Assembly: GCA_040954595.2 (NCBI GenBank) | Contig: CM082579.2 | Location: forward strand, 6,375,625 to 6,439,624 | DNA length: 64,000 bases | Reading direction: 5' to 3' | From: Balanoglossus misakiensis | Taxonomy: Eukaryota > Animalia > Hemichordata | Shown here: piece after piece, positions 1 to 13,439 of the stretch | Layout of the letters: every line of letters begins with the position of its first letter | How positions within the stretch are numbered: the first letter of the stretch is position 1 | The notes under the pieces: model-generated | Databases searched by the model: none | The model's input: only the letters and a program-made list of their open reading frames with translations | Told to the model about the DNA's origin: nothing | Position numbers and translations under genes: made by a program

Positions 1-1341
1 TAGTTCATGCCACAGTGTTCCTATGAACACTTATTTCAGGAAAACTCACCAACCGAAATCATGAGAATAACCCAAAATTAGAGTGGGAATCATGGCTTCC
101 AAGGTTGAAAGAGTTGCTTTAAAATACCCACAATGCAATAGTACTGCAAGCACTGCAAACTGGCAGTTCTGGTGCAGACTGAATGAAGCCATCCATTGTC
201 TAGCTATAGAAATAATTTGACTGACACAAGGATAATATGGGTATAGAGGGTAGATGTCTCGCCATGACGATGTGGTGCTGCCTAATACGTCTATGTTTTT
301 CCAACATCCTGGTGTAAAGGCCAGCCAGATTAAGAACAATGACTTCTATGGGAACAGTTGCACGTCTAGCAATGCGGACGGAGAGAGTCCAACAAAATAT
401 CACTATCAAAGATGCATGAAGAGAATACACGTATGGTTTCCACGATCTGGCATTTGAATTATGTAAAGAAAACGTCAGCCTTATCAATCAGCTTATAGAC
501 AAATGTTCCAGCATGTGCATCCACTTCCAGCAATGTGACATTCACCGCATTGTGTTCACATTTTCAACTCGAACTCCGCGGGGTAGGTTTTCTTATATGA
601 TCTACAAAACTTTCCATAGTCACTTAGAAGACATACGTCAGCGATAATGCAAATCCAAAGGACTTCTAAGCAGGAGTTTTTTTCGGTATGAATCAGTGAT
701 GACATAATTGTGTAAGGGGCTATTCGTATTTGTGTAGCTGCTATAGAGTTCGCCCAGAATGGAGCTACGTCAAAACCCACAGGAGTGGCTGCAGTCTGTA
801 CAAAAAATTCAGATGCCCAGTTGGAAGTAGCTTTCCGGCTTTTTAATAAAGAAGATATGAGTGATAATCTTGTCTTGTTTATTTATGCACGAGAACCATC
901 AGATGATGATAGTCTAATTCTGTTGCCTAATATACAATTTAGTTTCGACGTCACCCATAGTCAACTACGTCACACAATATATGATTGACTTTCCTGTCAG
1001 TACGAGATTTCGCGAGACTTAGTTGGGTTGGTGGGTGAGTGAGTGGGTGGGTGGGTTTTACATTTACGAACTCGCAGCAATTTGTGGATTTGCTATTCCC
1101 CCATACTTGGTACACGCATTCTGAGTCCGTTCACTCATGGATTATCGACCTTTTAATTTTCAATAATGTCAATAATGTCGCTCCAAATCATTGTGTGCGA
1201 AAGTAGGACAGGAATGACTTCTGGCGCTGGGATTGCGTTTCATCCTTTTTTTTTTGCACTTGATATAGCCTAGTGAATGATTTAATCAAATGTGGACGTT
1301 GTCGCCCGCTGTCGTGATTTCACATTCCGTATATACCGCGT

Positions 1342-1434
1342 CAACTCGGCAGGCAACTCGGTGGGCAACTCGACGCGCAACCCGAGTCGCGACGCTACAT
1401 CGAACGGTTACACGGGGCGACTCGACTGGCAACT
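1342..1434. repeat. GC-rich 12-bp tandem repeat (CAACTCG core), probably a transposon subterminal array
   Basis: Units caactcggcagg/caactcggtggg/caactcgacgcg/caacccgagtcg, plus a later cgactcgactggcaact. Confidence 0.65.
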
Positions 1435-3084
1435 AATTGGGCGTAAACAGCGGCTGCGCATGTGCACCCGCCTCAAAAGCCGACAGAAAATTGCTTGCAT
1501 TTATAGTACTGAATTCTGCATTTATTCATTCGTGTTCGACCGAGACAGAAATATCACAAAGGCGTTAGACGACCCAGAATTATAGAGCGCAACATGTAAA
1601 AGGGGCAGCTAGCTCTGTCGACGGAAGTGCACAACATGTGGTCGAAGAAATGGAAATTTAATAATCTGCACTATGCCACGGAGACTTGGTACAAAGCCCC
1701 TTGCAGTCCTAGGACAAAGCCCGTCCCTGCGATAAATATAAAGTACTGTCCTTAAAACCTTACACTAGAAATAATAACCATGTAATGGATATTTTGGGGG
1801 ATTTACTCGGTTGTTGCCACGACAACAATTCGTTTAGCGAATCGTTTACAGTCGATTTTCATCATCACGTCATACCTTGAAATTTACACGCTTCCTGACG
1901 TAATAGGCCCATTAAAGATAAATGTCAAATAAATAAATAAAAAAAAACCTATGATCACCACATGGCTCGAACGACACCGTGCAATAACCAAACTTACATT
2001 AAATCTAGCCCGAGACATTTGCAATCATTCGACGATAAATTTGATAAAGGGTCCGAAAGACACTCAACAACTTGCCGCTTCACGGGACGCGACCTGGAAA
2101 CACTGTCTTCAACATCAAGTATTCTTTGTCGGCTTCTGAAAGCTTTGCACTGAACCAATGTATTGTGTTTGTGCAATGTTGACATTTTAAACTGTGTTAT
2201 GGTGGGAGTAGTTAAATTGATAGCTCAAGAAGTTAGGTATACGCTGCCCGAACTGTGAAAAAGTCACTAAAACGAAGAAAATGTACGTAGGTCAATCGCC
2301 TTTCTGAAGAAATACAATGTGCACTATGAATTTCTTCTTGGCTAATATTGGTATAATAAACACTGCTTCATCAAATTTTAATACTTTCTTTTCAATCGTG
2401 ACTACAATACTCATGGACCAACTCTGTATATACAAAAGGCAACGATGTCATTTCAGCTGGTTTAGTTTAATACTAGTTAATAAAATCACAAGATCATTTC
2501 AGCAGAAAGGCGTTTAATACGAATATAAAGAGACTAGTGGAATGTAAACTTATAATACTTCACAATGGTCTACGCAACGGGTATATTAAATTGGCTGCGT
2601 AATATCATATACTTCAGAATTACTGTTACAGTGTTTGACCTATAAAACAAACATCCCAGACATAAACCTACCAATTTATAGACCGCGGTTGCTGTACATG
2701 TTGATATTGAAAAATTGACAAGTAACGGAAGATGTAAGTGTATTCCAACGGAGTACTTGCATTCCCACGGGCCATCACTATCTGATGGAGACATTTTTTT
2801 TTTCTAAATACGGAATCACTTTAGATTACCGCCTCAAATTTAATGTGACATAAATTAAGCGATCAACGGGACAGCACTTCAGTATTTTCAGCACCAGAGA
2901 CTCCTCGAATGGTATCAATTTCAATAAGGCACCGTCCTTGTGGAAAATCGAAGCAGGTGAATATACGCTTTATATGGAAACCGCGGATTATATTTAGCCG
3001 CTATTCGAGTTGTTGTCTCCATGCACAATAGCACTAATCGGCACTTGTTCGTGTGTCAGTCAGTCAATCCGTCATTCTGTCATT

Positions 3085-3146
3085 CTGTCTGTCTCTGCCT
3101 GTTTGTCTGTCTGTCTGTCTGGCTGTCTGTCTGTCTGTCTGGCTGG
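3085..3146. repeat. Imperfect (GTCT)n microsatellite
   Basis: Visible tandem GTCT/GGCT/GCCT units. Confidence 0.9.
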
Positions 3147-4506
3147 CAGTTTATATGGGACCACACTTTTATGTGACACATGACAAACAGCACGCTGGCC
3201 AGCAAAGTTTCATAATGTTTAACTCTGCAGCTATCCTATTTTTTCATACAAAGCTTGACTCGTATAGTACGTGGCTAAGCAATCTGTTGCTAAGGTAATT
3301 AACCAAGTGAAGTCTCACGAAATATCACAATGACCGGAAAATAATCTGACCTGTATAGGAAATGTTTACGGAAACGGCGAGGTGCCATTCGAAAGCCAAC
3401 AATAGATGACATCCTCTACACTGCAAAAATAGTACCTGCATAGTATAAACCTCCTTGCCCACTAGCCAATTTGACAAGCAAGTAAAAACAAGCTTCAAAT
3501 ATAGTCTGATAATTAAGCAAGCTGGCTTTTGCTTTCAGATGGTAGCCTATACAAAACAACATTATCGGTTCATGTCAACTATTTTCAAGCAAGACAGTGA
3601 TGCAGTTGTCAAAAAATTACTTTTACGTAACTTTCCACGAACAGCGCCGGCGAGTGGCCACGGAAATGACGTATCGTTGCCGATGTGACATTTAACATTT
3701 TAGTAACACCAACAAGTAAAGAGCAAAGCCACCCATCTGGTACGTGCTTATGTAACTTTAAACTAATACCTAAAGCACGACACTGTTTGTCTGCCGTGTT
3801 AATATTTTGGCACTGAAAAAAAAATAATCTGACTCATATTGATATATCGTATTCTGGCTTCCCTCGTGGCTACCAATCTGTGCATATTTAGATTTGATTC
3901 GTCTGCTGGATCGATGGGGCAGACAAATCCTCTTTTCTGATATTTACTTTGTGAATCCTGCTGACGACAGATTCTAGGAATACTGCCAACTTGTCTGAAA
4001 TATGATACAAAGTGGCGACGGAGACTTGCGAGATTGCGCAAAATCATGGTCACCCTTTCTTTCTCATTTTCCTGAATTTGCTCTAACTGAGCGCGGTGAC
4101 CCTTTTATTCAAGCATTGGCTTACCGAGTAGATTCCCTATATGCTTCAAAATAAAGCCAGAGTCAATTATAAAGCCAAAGAAACTATCTTCGAGACAAGC
4201 TGGATTGATGGTTTGTATACGGTGTACCTGAAGAAAAACAACCTTGAGAAATCGTACAGCCTAACCTTGTTAAACGATCATACATGGCTCAGGTTTATTC
4301 ATTTATATGCAGAAACAAGAATCGGATATCTGCAATAAATTTTTGAAACCTTAAATCCACATTAACATTTAAAATTCATCACAATTTTAACTATACATGC
4401 ACTCCCTCCAAGCACTGACAATAGTGAATACCCTTTCTCGATATGTGTATGGTGAGTTGCTCTGGGCACATTAACTCAATAATCCGTAGTTTGTGAAAGG
4501 ATCAAA

Positions 4507-4564
4507 ACAGACAGGCAGACAGACAGGCAGGCAGGCGGACAGGCAGATAGACAGACAGACAGAC
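4507..4564. repeat. Imperfect (AGAC/AGGC)n microsatellite
   Basis: Visible tandem units. Confidence 0.9.
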
Positions 4565-5235
4565 CGATCCTTTGTGATATTTCACTGCGAAAACATCACT
4601 TTCAAATTCCAGGGTTGACTTCCTTGAAAGTTTAATCAGTATAAACCCAGCTATATTCATCTCAAACCCATTTGGTTTCTATTTTTAGGGGGAATACAGT
4701 GTTTCATTTCCATACATTTAAAAAAAGGAAAAAGACTCGGTTGTTTGATGCCGAAATCCGATTCCCTCGAACGAATCACACAGATTCCCCGACAGATTTT
4801 CGCGTGACTGGAACTAGTAATTCCTCACCTGTTCAACCAAACACGTTCCCGCCAGTCGAATCTAGTCCCGATATGAGTGAGCAACGGCTTCGGCTCGTGC
4901 GTCGTGCTCCCTTCTCCCAAATCAACTCTATTGATCGTTTCGATTCTCGATATTAAAGGAACGCCTAACTACGAACGACACGCGACTGTCACGCGGTACC
5001 ACCGCCTTAAGCTCATATTTCCGATGTCGTTAGCCATAATACAAATTCGAAAATTCGATATGTGCCAATTTCGCGCTCGGCTTGACACACATCCAGTCCA
5101 CCAGACATGCCACACTTTTTGGCGGCAAAGCAAGTCGTCTGTAGAATCGAAGCATCGTCACTGTCATTACTTTTTAAACGCGGGCATTTTGTCAGATTTC
5201 TCCAGGGTAATGCCATGGCATTTATATGAAGGTTT

Positions 5236-5329
5236 ATCATCATCATCATCATCATCACCATCACCATCACCATCACCATCACCATCACCATCACCATCAT
5301 CATCATCAACAACATCATTATCATCATCA
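5236..5329. repeat. Compound (ATC)n/(ATCACC)n microsatellite
   Basis: Visible tandem units. They explain the spurious poly-S/SP and MV ORFs here. Confidence 0.95.
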
Positions 5330-8300
5330 AAATTAAAGGTCGAGTTTCAATGACGTTTACTTCGCCGGCTTCATTTGTCTGCGAGTTCTGTCACACGAGG
5401 GCGCTTAGTTAAATCTCTTTTACATTTTAGGGTCCAAATAAGCGGGCAGATATATTTTCAACACAAAGAGATCTCTGTTTCGTCGTATAGGGGTGTTTAT
5501 GTTAATGTGCGGCATACTTCTCAGTTTTAAATACAAAGACTGTATCATAGATGGATATTTCCATGACAAAGCTTCTGGTATACAATTTCTTTTTAAAGGA
5601 TCCTTATACTCCCCCTTTTAACAACTACACATTTCAAAACTATTGAGGCAATTATTTGCCTGAATGGGTTAAACTGGAACTTAAGTACAATCATTCCTTT
5701 TCGAGTTATTTTTCGGCACTTCGACACGTTTCAGGACATAAGATTTTTATTTGTCTCATTCTGAGTACGAAGCCTTTCCCTATAGCTATATTAGTATGTT
5801 ATGACGCGTTGATTTTCGTCTACTTCTGAAAACACAATGATACGTATTTAAAACAAGTCTCCAGAATGAAGTTGAGCACTGTCCCGCCCATACGTGGAAT
5901 AGCTCCGTCGATAATGGACATTGTTAACCGAAATAAACCATGCGGATACGACTGAACCTAATATTTATCATGTATGATAGTGCACGCCACGCGGTACGCT
6001 GTCGCTCGAACATGATCTTCTCGATCAATGATGGAGGTGGATCATACACAGCGATCATGGAGTACATACAACAGGAATAGAAAGATATTATCGTGATGTT
6101 TTCGTTCTACATAGACAGACAGAACCATAAATGAGATTATTTTTGGAGAGAGACATATGTCACATGGTCTGAGGCCATTGAATGCTCTCTTCTCCCCCCC
6201 CCCCCATTAATTAGGGTCAACCCAGGGACAGCAAACCCATCCAACACAACCTACTAAATGTATATCAATCATATGCCACCGAGAGAATATAACATCATTT
6301 TTAATTAATTAAGTCGCGTTATGTTACTTGAACTGCCCTGAAAACAACCTCTCTTTCGTTCGCTATCTGTCTGGATGCACAGTGTTCATAGTAAGATGAG
6401 AGAGGGCAGGGAAAACATGCACCTCGCCCTACAAACCCGCTAATGACACAAATCTGTATGCCCAGCACAGTTTAGTGGAGGGCTGTTTTTTCCATCCCCC
6501 TTCTCTCTCGCCACTAATGACGAGGTCACGTGACTTCCAATCGGCTTCTGGTTCTTCGCAGATATTTAAGACGAACGTGACGTGAATGGGTAATAAACAA
6601 AATATTCTACATAGTTCACGAAATTGGCACCCGCGATGATAATACGCTGCAACTGAGAACGACAGATACGATACTGTTCTTGCTATTCATCAGACACAAT
6701 GGAAACAACCGATCACAGTCAGAATATGGGTGCAATGATCACCTTATCATAGCTCAGTTTCACCCATTTGATAAGCGAACACTTAATTTCTGCGAAGTTG
6801 AAAGCTCTTCTAGGAAAGTAAGAACCCATTGATTCGGCAGACATGAATAGTTCTTATCTGAACACTTTTTGATAAAAAAAAAACTGTTCAGAAGAAGTTG
6901 AAGTACGCAAACACAGACGCCAGTATGATTAATAAACTGTCACTGAATTTCGGCCCTATAAATATTCAACCATATATATAGGCCTAGATAATTTTACTTA
7001 ATTTACCTGTCTAATAGAGTATCATATACTTACGTCTTCTAATTGTATTCTTTTCACGACTTGACCACTTGCAATCTCCACAAAATTGATTGGATTGTAT
7101 TTACCACCCGACTAACTAAGATATATGTATACGTGGTCGCGCTCGGATCTCCGATAACATCCACCAACCTGCAGTCCTATTATAAACAGCCGCTCAGAAG
7201 CGCGAGTCTCTCGAACGCCGTAAGCCTATACGTGTCGTGGAACCACCGCTGCAGTGCAGAGCGGTGAGGTTTCCCAGGTAATATGCGCGATGAACTGTTC
7301 CATTTTAATCGCGGGTAAATGCACTCTCTCTTTTTTTCGAGTAAGCCTTTGTGGCATATGGGAAACGGGTCTATCGCTAGTACATGTAGGTCGTGGGTTA
7401 TCACTGATTCGCAAGAACCGAGAGGATGGCGGATTAGAGGAGCTTTTTTTAATAAGGTCGCGAACAAAAAGGTGTCCAGTTCTCGGTGAACGGCAAATGC
7501 AATTTGAATAATTTAGATAAGACTTGTTTACCACTTCCGACATTTGGCGGTGCATTTCGGAACCTTGAATGAAATACACACGCGAACCACACAAGCCCCG
7601 ATAAATGTCGAACATTATTTACCACCGCCTGAGCGAAGTCGCTAACATTCATGCTTGCTGTCATCTGCACGCACCCAGTGCACCACGACGACAATATTTC
7701 ACATGCCTCTTTGGAATACAAACGTTCAATGAACGGTTGCCCGGCAACCGAGCTGTCTCTAACTTGGCTACAACTTTTAAGGCATGTAAACATGGTTTAT
7801 GTATACAATCGCGGCGAGGTTGGTCGAAAACTGTCTGTTACAAACAATCGGGATTGCTACCCCGCGAGCTTGTGCACAAAGCAGGAACATGTTCGCATTT
7901 TAATACATACAAAAGCTCATTGCTTGGAAAGAAATCCAGCCATCTGCTGTTATTTGTTTCCATAGCATCTAAAACTACCGACTCTAAAAGTAACACGGTG
8001 TGACCTAACCCAGCCAATCATGTTAACCCCTCCTCACACACATATGCACGCACAACACATTTTAACTTGATATTACTATTGCTGCTTGGTGGTCTTATGA
8101 AATTGCCGACAATTTCCAACAAAGTCGGCCCAGAGGCTTCAAACTAAACTTTGTTTCTACTTTCGACTGAAGGGTTTTCATTTCGTGCACTATAAGCCTC
8201 ATACAGATGGAATGTACCTTCCACTCGCCTTGGGCCACGCAGTGCGAGATTTGTTCTAGAATTTTGAGGGCCATTCCGTGTGTCTTCCCAAGATGCAACT

Positions 8301-11258
8301 GAATTTCATGTTGCTCTATTACCCCAAATAAAGACAATTCATTCGTAAACTCCACGACAAAACGTTTGCCGTTTACACGATTTGTTGACTCATCAACAGG
8401 TGGTCGTGTCTGTACGGTGTTTCCAAGAGATGCTAGATCTCCTGCAGAATGACAAAGATTGACTACAACAAATTTTTGGGGAATTTACGCGCATACCTTC
8501 TCCAAAGAACGGTGAAACAACTCGTGCCACCTTTGCACATTTACCGCGTATAGCTGAACACTAGCAAATTTTCAAAATGGCCGCCAGTTTCTGGGTGATG
8601 ACCCGTAAAAACGATTCTTCAAACTTCGCCAGAATTACAATACACATGTTTATAATCAGACGATTCGGAAAATAGTTTAGAATGCACTCATTCTTGCACT
8701 GATATTAATTTAAGTTACTCGCATTATATTCAGCAGTTCCCGGCGACATGAGTGATCTAGACTATCCACTTAATGCAGAGAGAAAGTTGCCACTATCACA
8801 ATTGATAAATACCGCGGATTAATGAGGATTATTACAGCGTATCACGTATCAGCCTATATATTCTTCCAGCGAAATCGAACACATTCAAAGCAGCCTATTA
8901 AGTAAACCGAAAAAAATGAACAAGACTTGTCGGTGTGCTAAAAATAGGACGGTGATGCACTCACGAATTTTATACAATGCTGGATTTTCATTTCTTCCAA
9001 TTTTCAAAAGATTTAATCCGCGCGGAAATGTACCATATGATACGCAGTTGGGAGAAATTTTAATATGCTTTGGATATTGCATTACAGCAACGTTGAATAG
9101 AGAGTGTTTCTAGAAGTGTACTGTCCTATATACATGTACTACTAGAGTGCAAGTATCAAAGCACGGTCTCTAGGCTATAGGCAGCACACGAAGGCCACTA
9201 CATCGGCACGGGAAATCACGCTGAACTCAAGAGAGTTCGGGGATTCTAAACATCCAAGGCCGTTGCCTTTTAAATAACCAATTTACAGAATCTTCCCGTG
9301 TGACACTGACAACCAATATCACCGACAGCCAGTGATGCATTCCATGCAGCATTCTACTCTTTTCAAAAATATAACGCCGATACCTCTGCATCCGAATTAC
9401 CCAGTTTTACACGTTATCAATGCCCTTCAGCACCGGTGTGGGTGTAGAGTTACTGACGCCTTTGTTGGGATCAATGCCTGAACAGACGGTCTGGCATATC
9501 CACACAGTACATCCGCGGAGCAGATTTCCCATGTCTGTCAATCTGGCTTCGTTCGAAGTGTGACAATGATCCCCGCATCGATCGTTAAGGACATCGATGC
9601 AAGACACACTTCGATTTCGTCGAATTTCACACTTTTAGATATTAAGGCTGTCTCACACTGTCACTCGTAATACATGTACAACACCTGGTATTGTCATTTA
9701 CATATTTAGTGGTGCACTAACCGTTGGACTTTGACTCTTTCAAACTTTTCTGCAAACGAAGGTAACCTGGTTTTCGCCTTGGTCGATTCAATGATGTGCA
9801 ACAAAGCGGTTTTTTAGGTCGGTCCCCACAGTGGGAGTGCACGTCAAAGGAATTTGGCTCAGCGAATGTTTCATCGATTATATTTAAACATCGATTTTTT
9901 GAGCTGTGCCATTGAAGAGCTGAAGAGCAATTTAAGATCAAGCAAAATAAAATAGGCCAAGGCATTATTCCACGCAAATATTGTTTTCAATGCGGTATCA
10001 AACCGTAGAAAGCGACATCGAACTTAGTAATTATTTTATGATTCATCCCATAATGTCCGCATAGGGTTGCCTCTGAATAAGACGTATCGATTTCCCGTTC
10101 TGAATAAATTACCAACATCATAATAATATTCAGCTTTCTCAAAACGTGTGGCATGAGAGACCAGCTCGTAGTCTGTGGTGAGAAAAATCTTACTTTCGAA
10201 GCTGTCATTGTCCAGGCAAAGGCATCGCGCCACATAATGTACCTATACCTAATACCGACTATGTGTCTACGAGATACCATGATTACATCGCTTAAGTTAA
10301 CCCGCGTGGCTATGAATAAACCACGGGCTAAACGATTAATTCAATGTTCGCTCGCAGTGGTACAAGTGTGATACCAATTTTATTTTTATAAGACCATTTT
10401 TTTTCTGCGTTCCGCTAAACTGCACGGCTCCAGGCAAACAACCGTTGTTGCAGAACAGCCACACTAAAAACCCGGGCAAGGGCGAGACAAATGCGCAAAT
10501 GTCGATTTTATCACCAGACAACATCTAACTTAACCTATCTATATCGGCTGAGGAATCGATATTGCGGCGGCGTAGCGTTGGTAACCAACCAACACACCAA
10601 ACACGATAATATTTTATGTGCAGAAGTTACGCATGCATTCCCGAGTAACAGGCGACACGTCGCCATGGCAATGTTTTGACAAAGATTGCTGCTCACCATT
10701 TTCATATCTATTGGCTCGAACAGTGGAGAGGTCGGTGTACAAGGATCAAGTGTTGTGTACACTCCATGTGTTTCTGTCAATGGGGATTATTAGATGAATA
10801 GCGTGTGAATGCTAAATTCACTTTAAATCAGAGCATGTATAATAACACGTTGGTATTTGGTTTGACGGCGCGTGTGCCTGTGGTTCGGGTAAACATCACG
10901 CTTATGGAAATTTAAATTCGGTATCTGTAGGATTCTCAACTTCTCTGGACTTTCTCAGAGAGGCATATAGAAAAGCAATGGAATGATTGTGCTAAATAAA
11001 GCGGTATAAAATTCTGCTTCGAAAAGTGAAACTTACGGTCGATTAATTTTTTTTTTTTATTTAAAATTTCTCAGAAACTAGACCATTTTAAGTAGATTTA
11101 CGGAAGCTGTTCGTCCATGCCTAAATCATACTAAAATTTCTTTCTGGTAAAGTGCTGCGCGTAATCCCTAATTGGAATTTATGAAGCAGCTGTTGGACAT
11201 TCACCGCGATTCTTAGTAATGTAAAAAAACTCAGAGCTGGAATAACAAGATGGTAGGA

Positions 11259-11414
11259 TTAAAGGTAATTCAATCATCTCTGATTTACATTTGCCCATAT
11301 ATGTTCAAAGGCATTTCTACGTCTTCGAATGACCATGTGGTGGCGCACTTTTTTCGTGATTGGATAAATTCAAGTTTCCATGGTAACTGTGGTCAACTTT
11401 GCATACACCTTTAA
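11259..11414. mobile_element. Degenerate second copy of the 48.9-kb MITE family
   Basis: TTAAAGGTA...CCTTTAA ends. Collinear shared blocks ATTTACAT..GCCCATATATG, TGGCGC..TTTTTT, TGATTGG, CCATGGTAACTGT and TTTGCATA. Confidence 0.75.
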
Positions 11415-12766
11415 ACGTAAGCCTGCAAAAATTCGACTTAGATTAGGAGACGCACCGATTGAGTCTAAAACGTTTTTTTCTTTCAAAGAACGACCTCTCC
11501 AAATGTATTGTTTGCAAACACGATTCTAATTTGCTACTTTTATTTTATTTTACGCGAAAGTACTCGACCAAAGCTTTATATTTTAGGCCAGACAAAGGGA
11601 AACTGTAGACTTTAATCGGTCTCTACATATAAAAAGTCGTTTATCGAGCAGCAAAGTGTTATAGCTAATATCTCTGAATCAAATCAGAAAAGTTTGCATA
11701 AAAATATATGGCATATCACCAGCCAAACTGTTTGATTATGTGAAGGTGTCAAGATGCTTGATAACGATGACGCACATTGTACATCACTGGCAAATTTTTC
11801 AAGGTCAGGGCAATCTAACGGTTTTGTTTCCCCCATGCGGTCTGGCCTGATCTGAATGAATCGCCCGAAATTCCCAAAGCGCTTGACAGATACCTTCAAG
11901 TATTTTAGCGGATAACATAATGGTCCAATCCATGCTAACCTCAATTTGGCGCGCAATTTTATCAAATGGTACTCTACAGATGTGTGTCAGCTCTGACGCT
12001 TGTTTTCCAGACGGCATTTAGAGGGTCACGTGTGCGTGTCGGAGAACCTTTTACTGTGCATTACGTACGGGAGATCGATCTTAACAGCGAGTATAGGCAG
12101 AAACGAATTCGACGGCTTGGATAAGCCAACTCAGGCTTGTTCACGCAAAACAAGTCTCTGACTTACGACCCCCTCTATAAAACATGGCATATCGCAATCC
12201 AAAGAAAACGTTTCCATTGAAAAAAATATGTAACAGTGGATGAAAAAATGTTTGCTGACTTACCAAAATCCTCCACATCCCCCCCCCAGAAATCAAATGG
12301 TTCTCCCCTAATAAATCCTTCTTCCCCAAAGAGAGCGAAAACTGATTTGTTGCGTTACAAAACACCTGGGAAATTTAGCCGGCGTGTTAAAATAATTCTT
12401 ATCAGATATGCTGTATTGTTGCAAATCATATGCCAGAGGCCATACACATCAATTGTTCGAAGAGACAAGAGGCTACGCAATTATTTGTAGAGAGATTAAC
12501 AGCGGACGACTTGACAAGGATGTTAAAATACTGTGACAGGAAATGAATCTTGGTGTTTAATAGCGCCGGACAATTCCTTTGTATCACGTGCCTTTCTTTA
12601 ACACTCATAAACTAAACAGTTCTTGATTTCATTGTTGTACAGCTCTTACAGTTCAAAGTTGGGTGCTTTCCGTCCTTCTAATAACTGAAAGGGTTTATTT
12701 TGAATCGACATAACATTCCGTTGTTCAATTTAGGTCGAAATTAATGGGCATTTATCTACATGTATA

Positions 12767-12835
12767 TGTGTCAACTCTATGGGAGAACCTTAAATTGATT
12801 ATTTTTAAAACAACAAGCCCCACAAATCTGTCCCC
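12767..12835 (+). repeat. Fragment related to the 48.0-48.4 kb repeat
   Basis: TGTGTCAACTCTATGGGAGAA..TAAA...ATTTTT..AA.CAA aligns by eye with 48227-48275. Confidence 0.45.
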
Positions 12836-13413
12836 GTTGCGTGTAAAACATTGAAAAATGAGATAAAATGGTAAGTAAGCCACGGCGCCGAATTTTGTCT
12901 TTCATTCTTTCTATTTGTGCTTAATTTTGGACGTGACCCTAGGAACCTACACTTAAAAATGGGTCGTGTTGGGGTTTTTTTCGTCGTTTTTAATAAATGT
13001 CTTGTCTCTTCTCGTCAACAACCCATAGCAGAGCTTATCGAAACGCGGAGAGAATTAAACACAGGAAAAATAGGGATTCCATTTAATTGTCATAGAGATC
13101 TGACGTAGCTATGACGTAGTGTGTGTGATTATATTTTGCAGTAGAATGGTTTCAAATCCTTATACTTAATGAATGATGACATAATAATCCAGTTTAATTC
13201 CAAGTGGGAATATCTACTAGACTATATGCATCAGGACCACATACATGTATAGCTCTACAGACTGACCCAGAAGAAAGGGTTGTGATTAAAGAGTATATAT
13301 TGTGTGCCCCGAAATTTCCTTGCCCGTCTTTCCATGTCCGCGGTCTTATCAGGTGTCAAATCGGTCAGTTATGAGAAGAATAAAAAACTTGAATATAATA
13401 TCAGGACAGAATA

Positions 13414-13439
13414 CAGCAGAACAGAACAGAACAGAACAG
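13414..13439. repeat. (ACAGA)n pentanucleotide repeat
   Basis: cagaacagaacagaacagaacag. Confidence 0.8.

Noticed and set aside
40-990. Coding-like texture and splice-like sites at the window start (possible pseudogene)
   Set aside because: The frames I translated have multiple stops and no recognisable domain. BLASTX would be needed to settle it.
4877-5353. 158-aa ORF with poly-S/SP tail, and the opposite-strand M/V-rich ORF
   Set aside because: Both are produced by the (ATC)/(ATCACC) microsatellite.
9553-9614. Nested inverted repeats (TCGAAGTGTG/CACACTTCGA and GCATCGAT/ATCGATGC)
   Set aside because: A large asymmetric internal loop makes it unlike a pre-miRNA; no other support.
11196-11216. 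Reverse complement resembles miR-124 (TAAGAATCGCGGTGAATGTCC)
   Set aside because: The seed differs from TAAGGCAC and no hairpin partner arm is visible. Short let-7-like (41.19 kb), miR-1-like (2.54 kb) and miR-278-like (35.65 kb) prefixes also diverge after about 10 nt.
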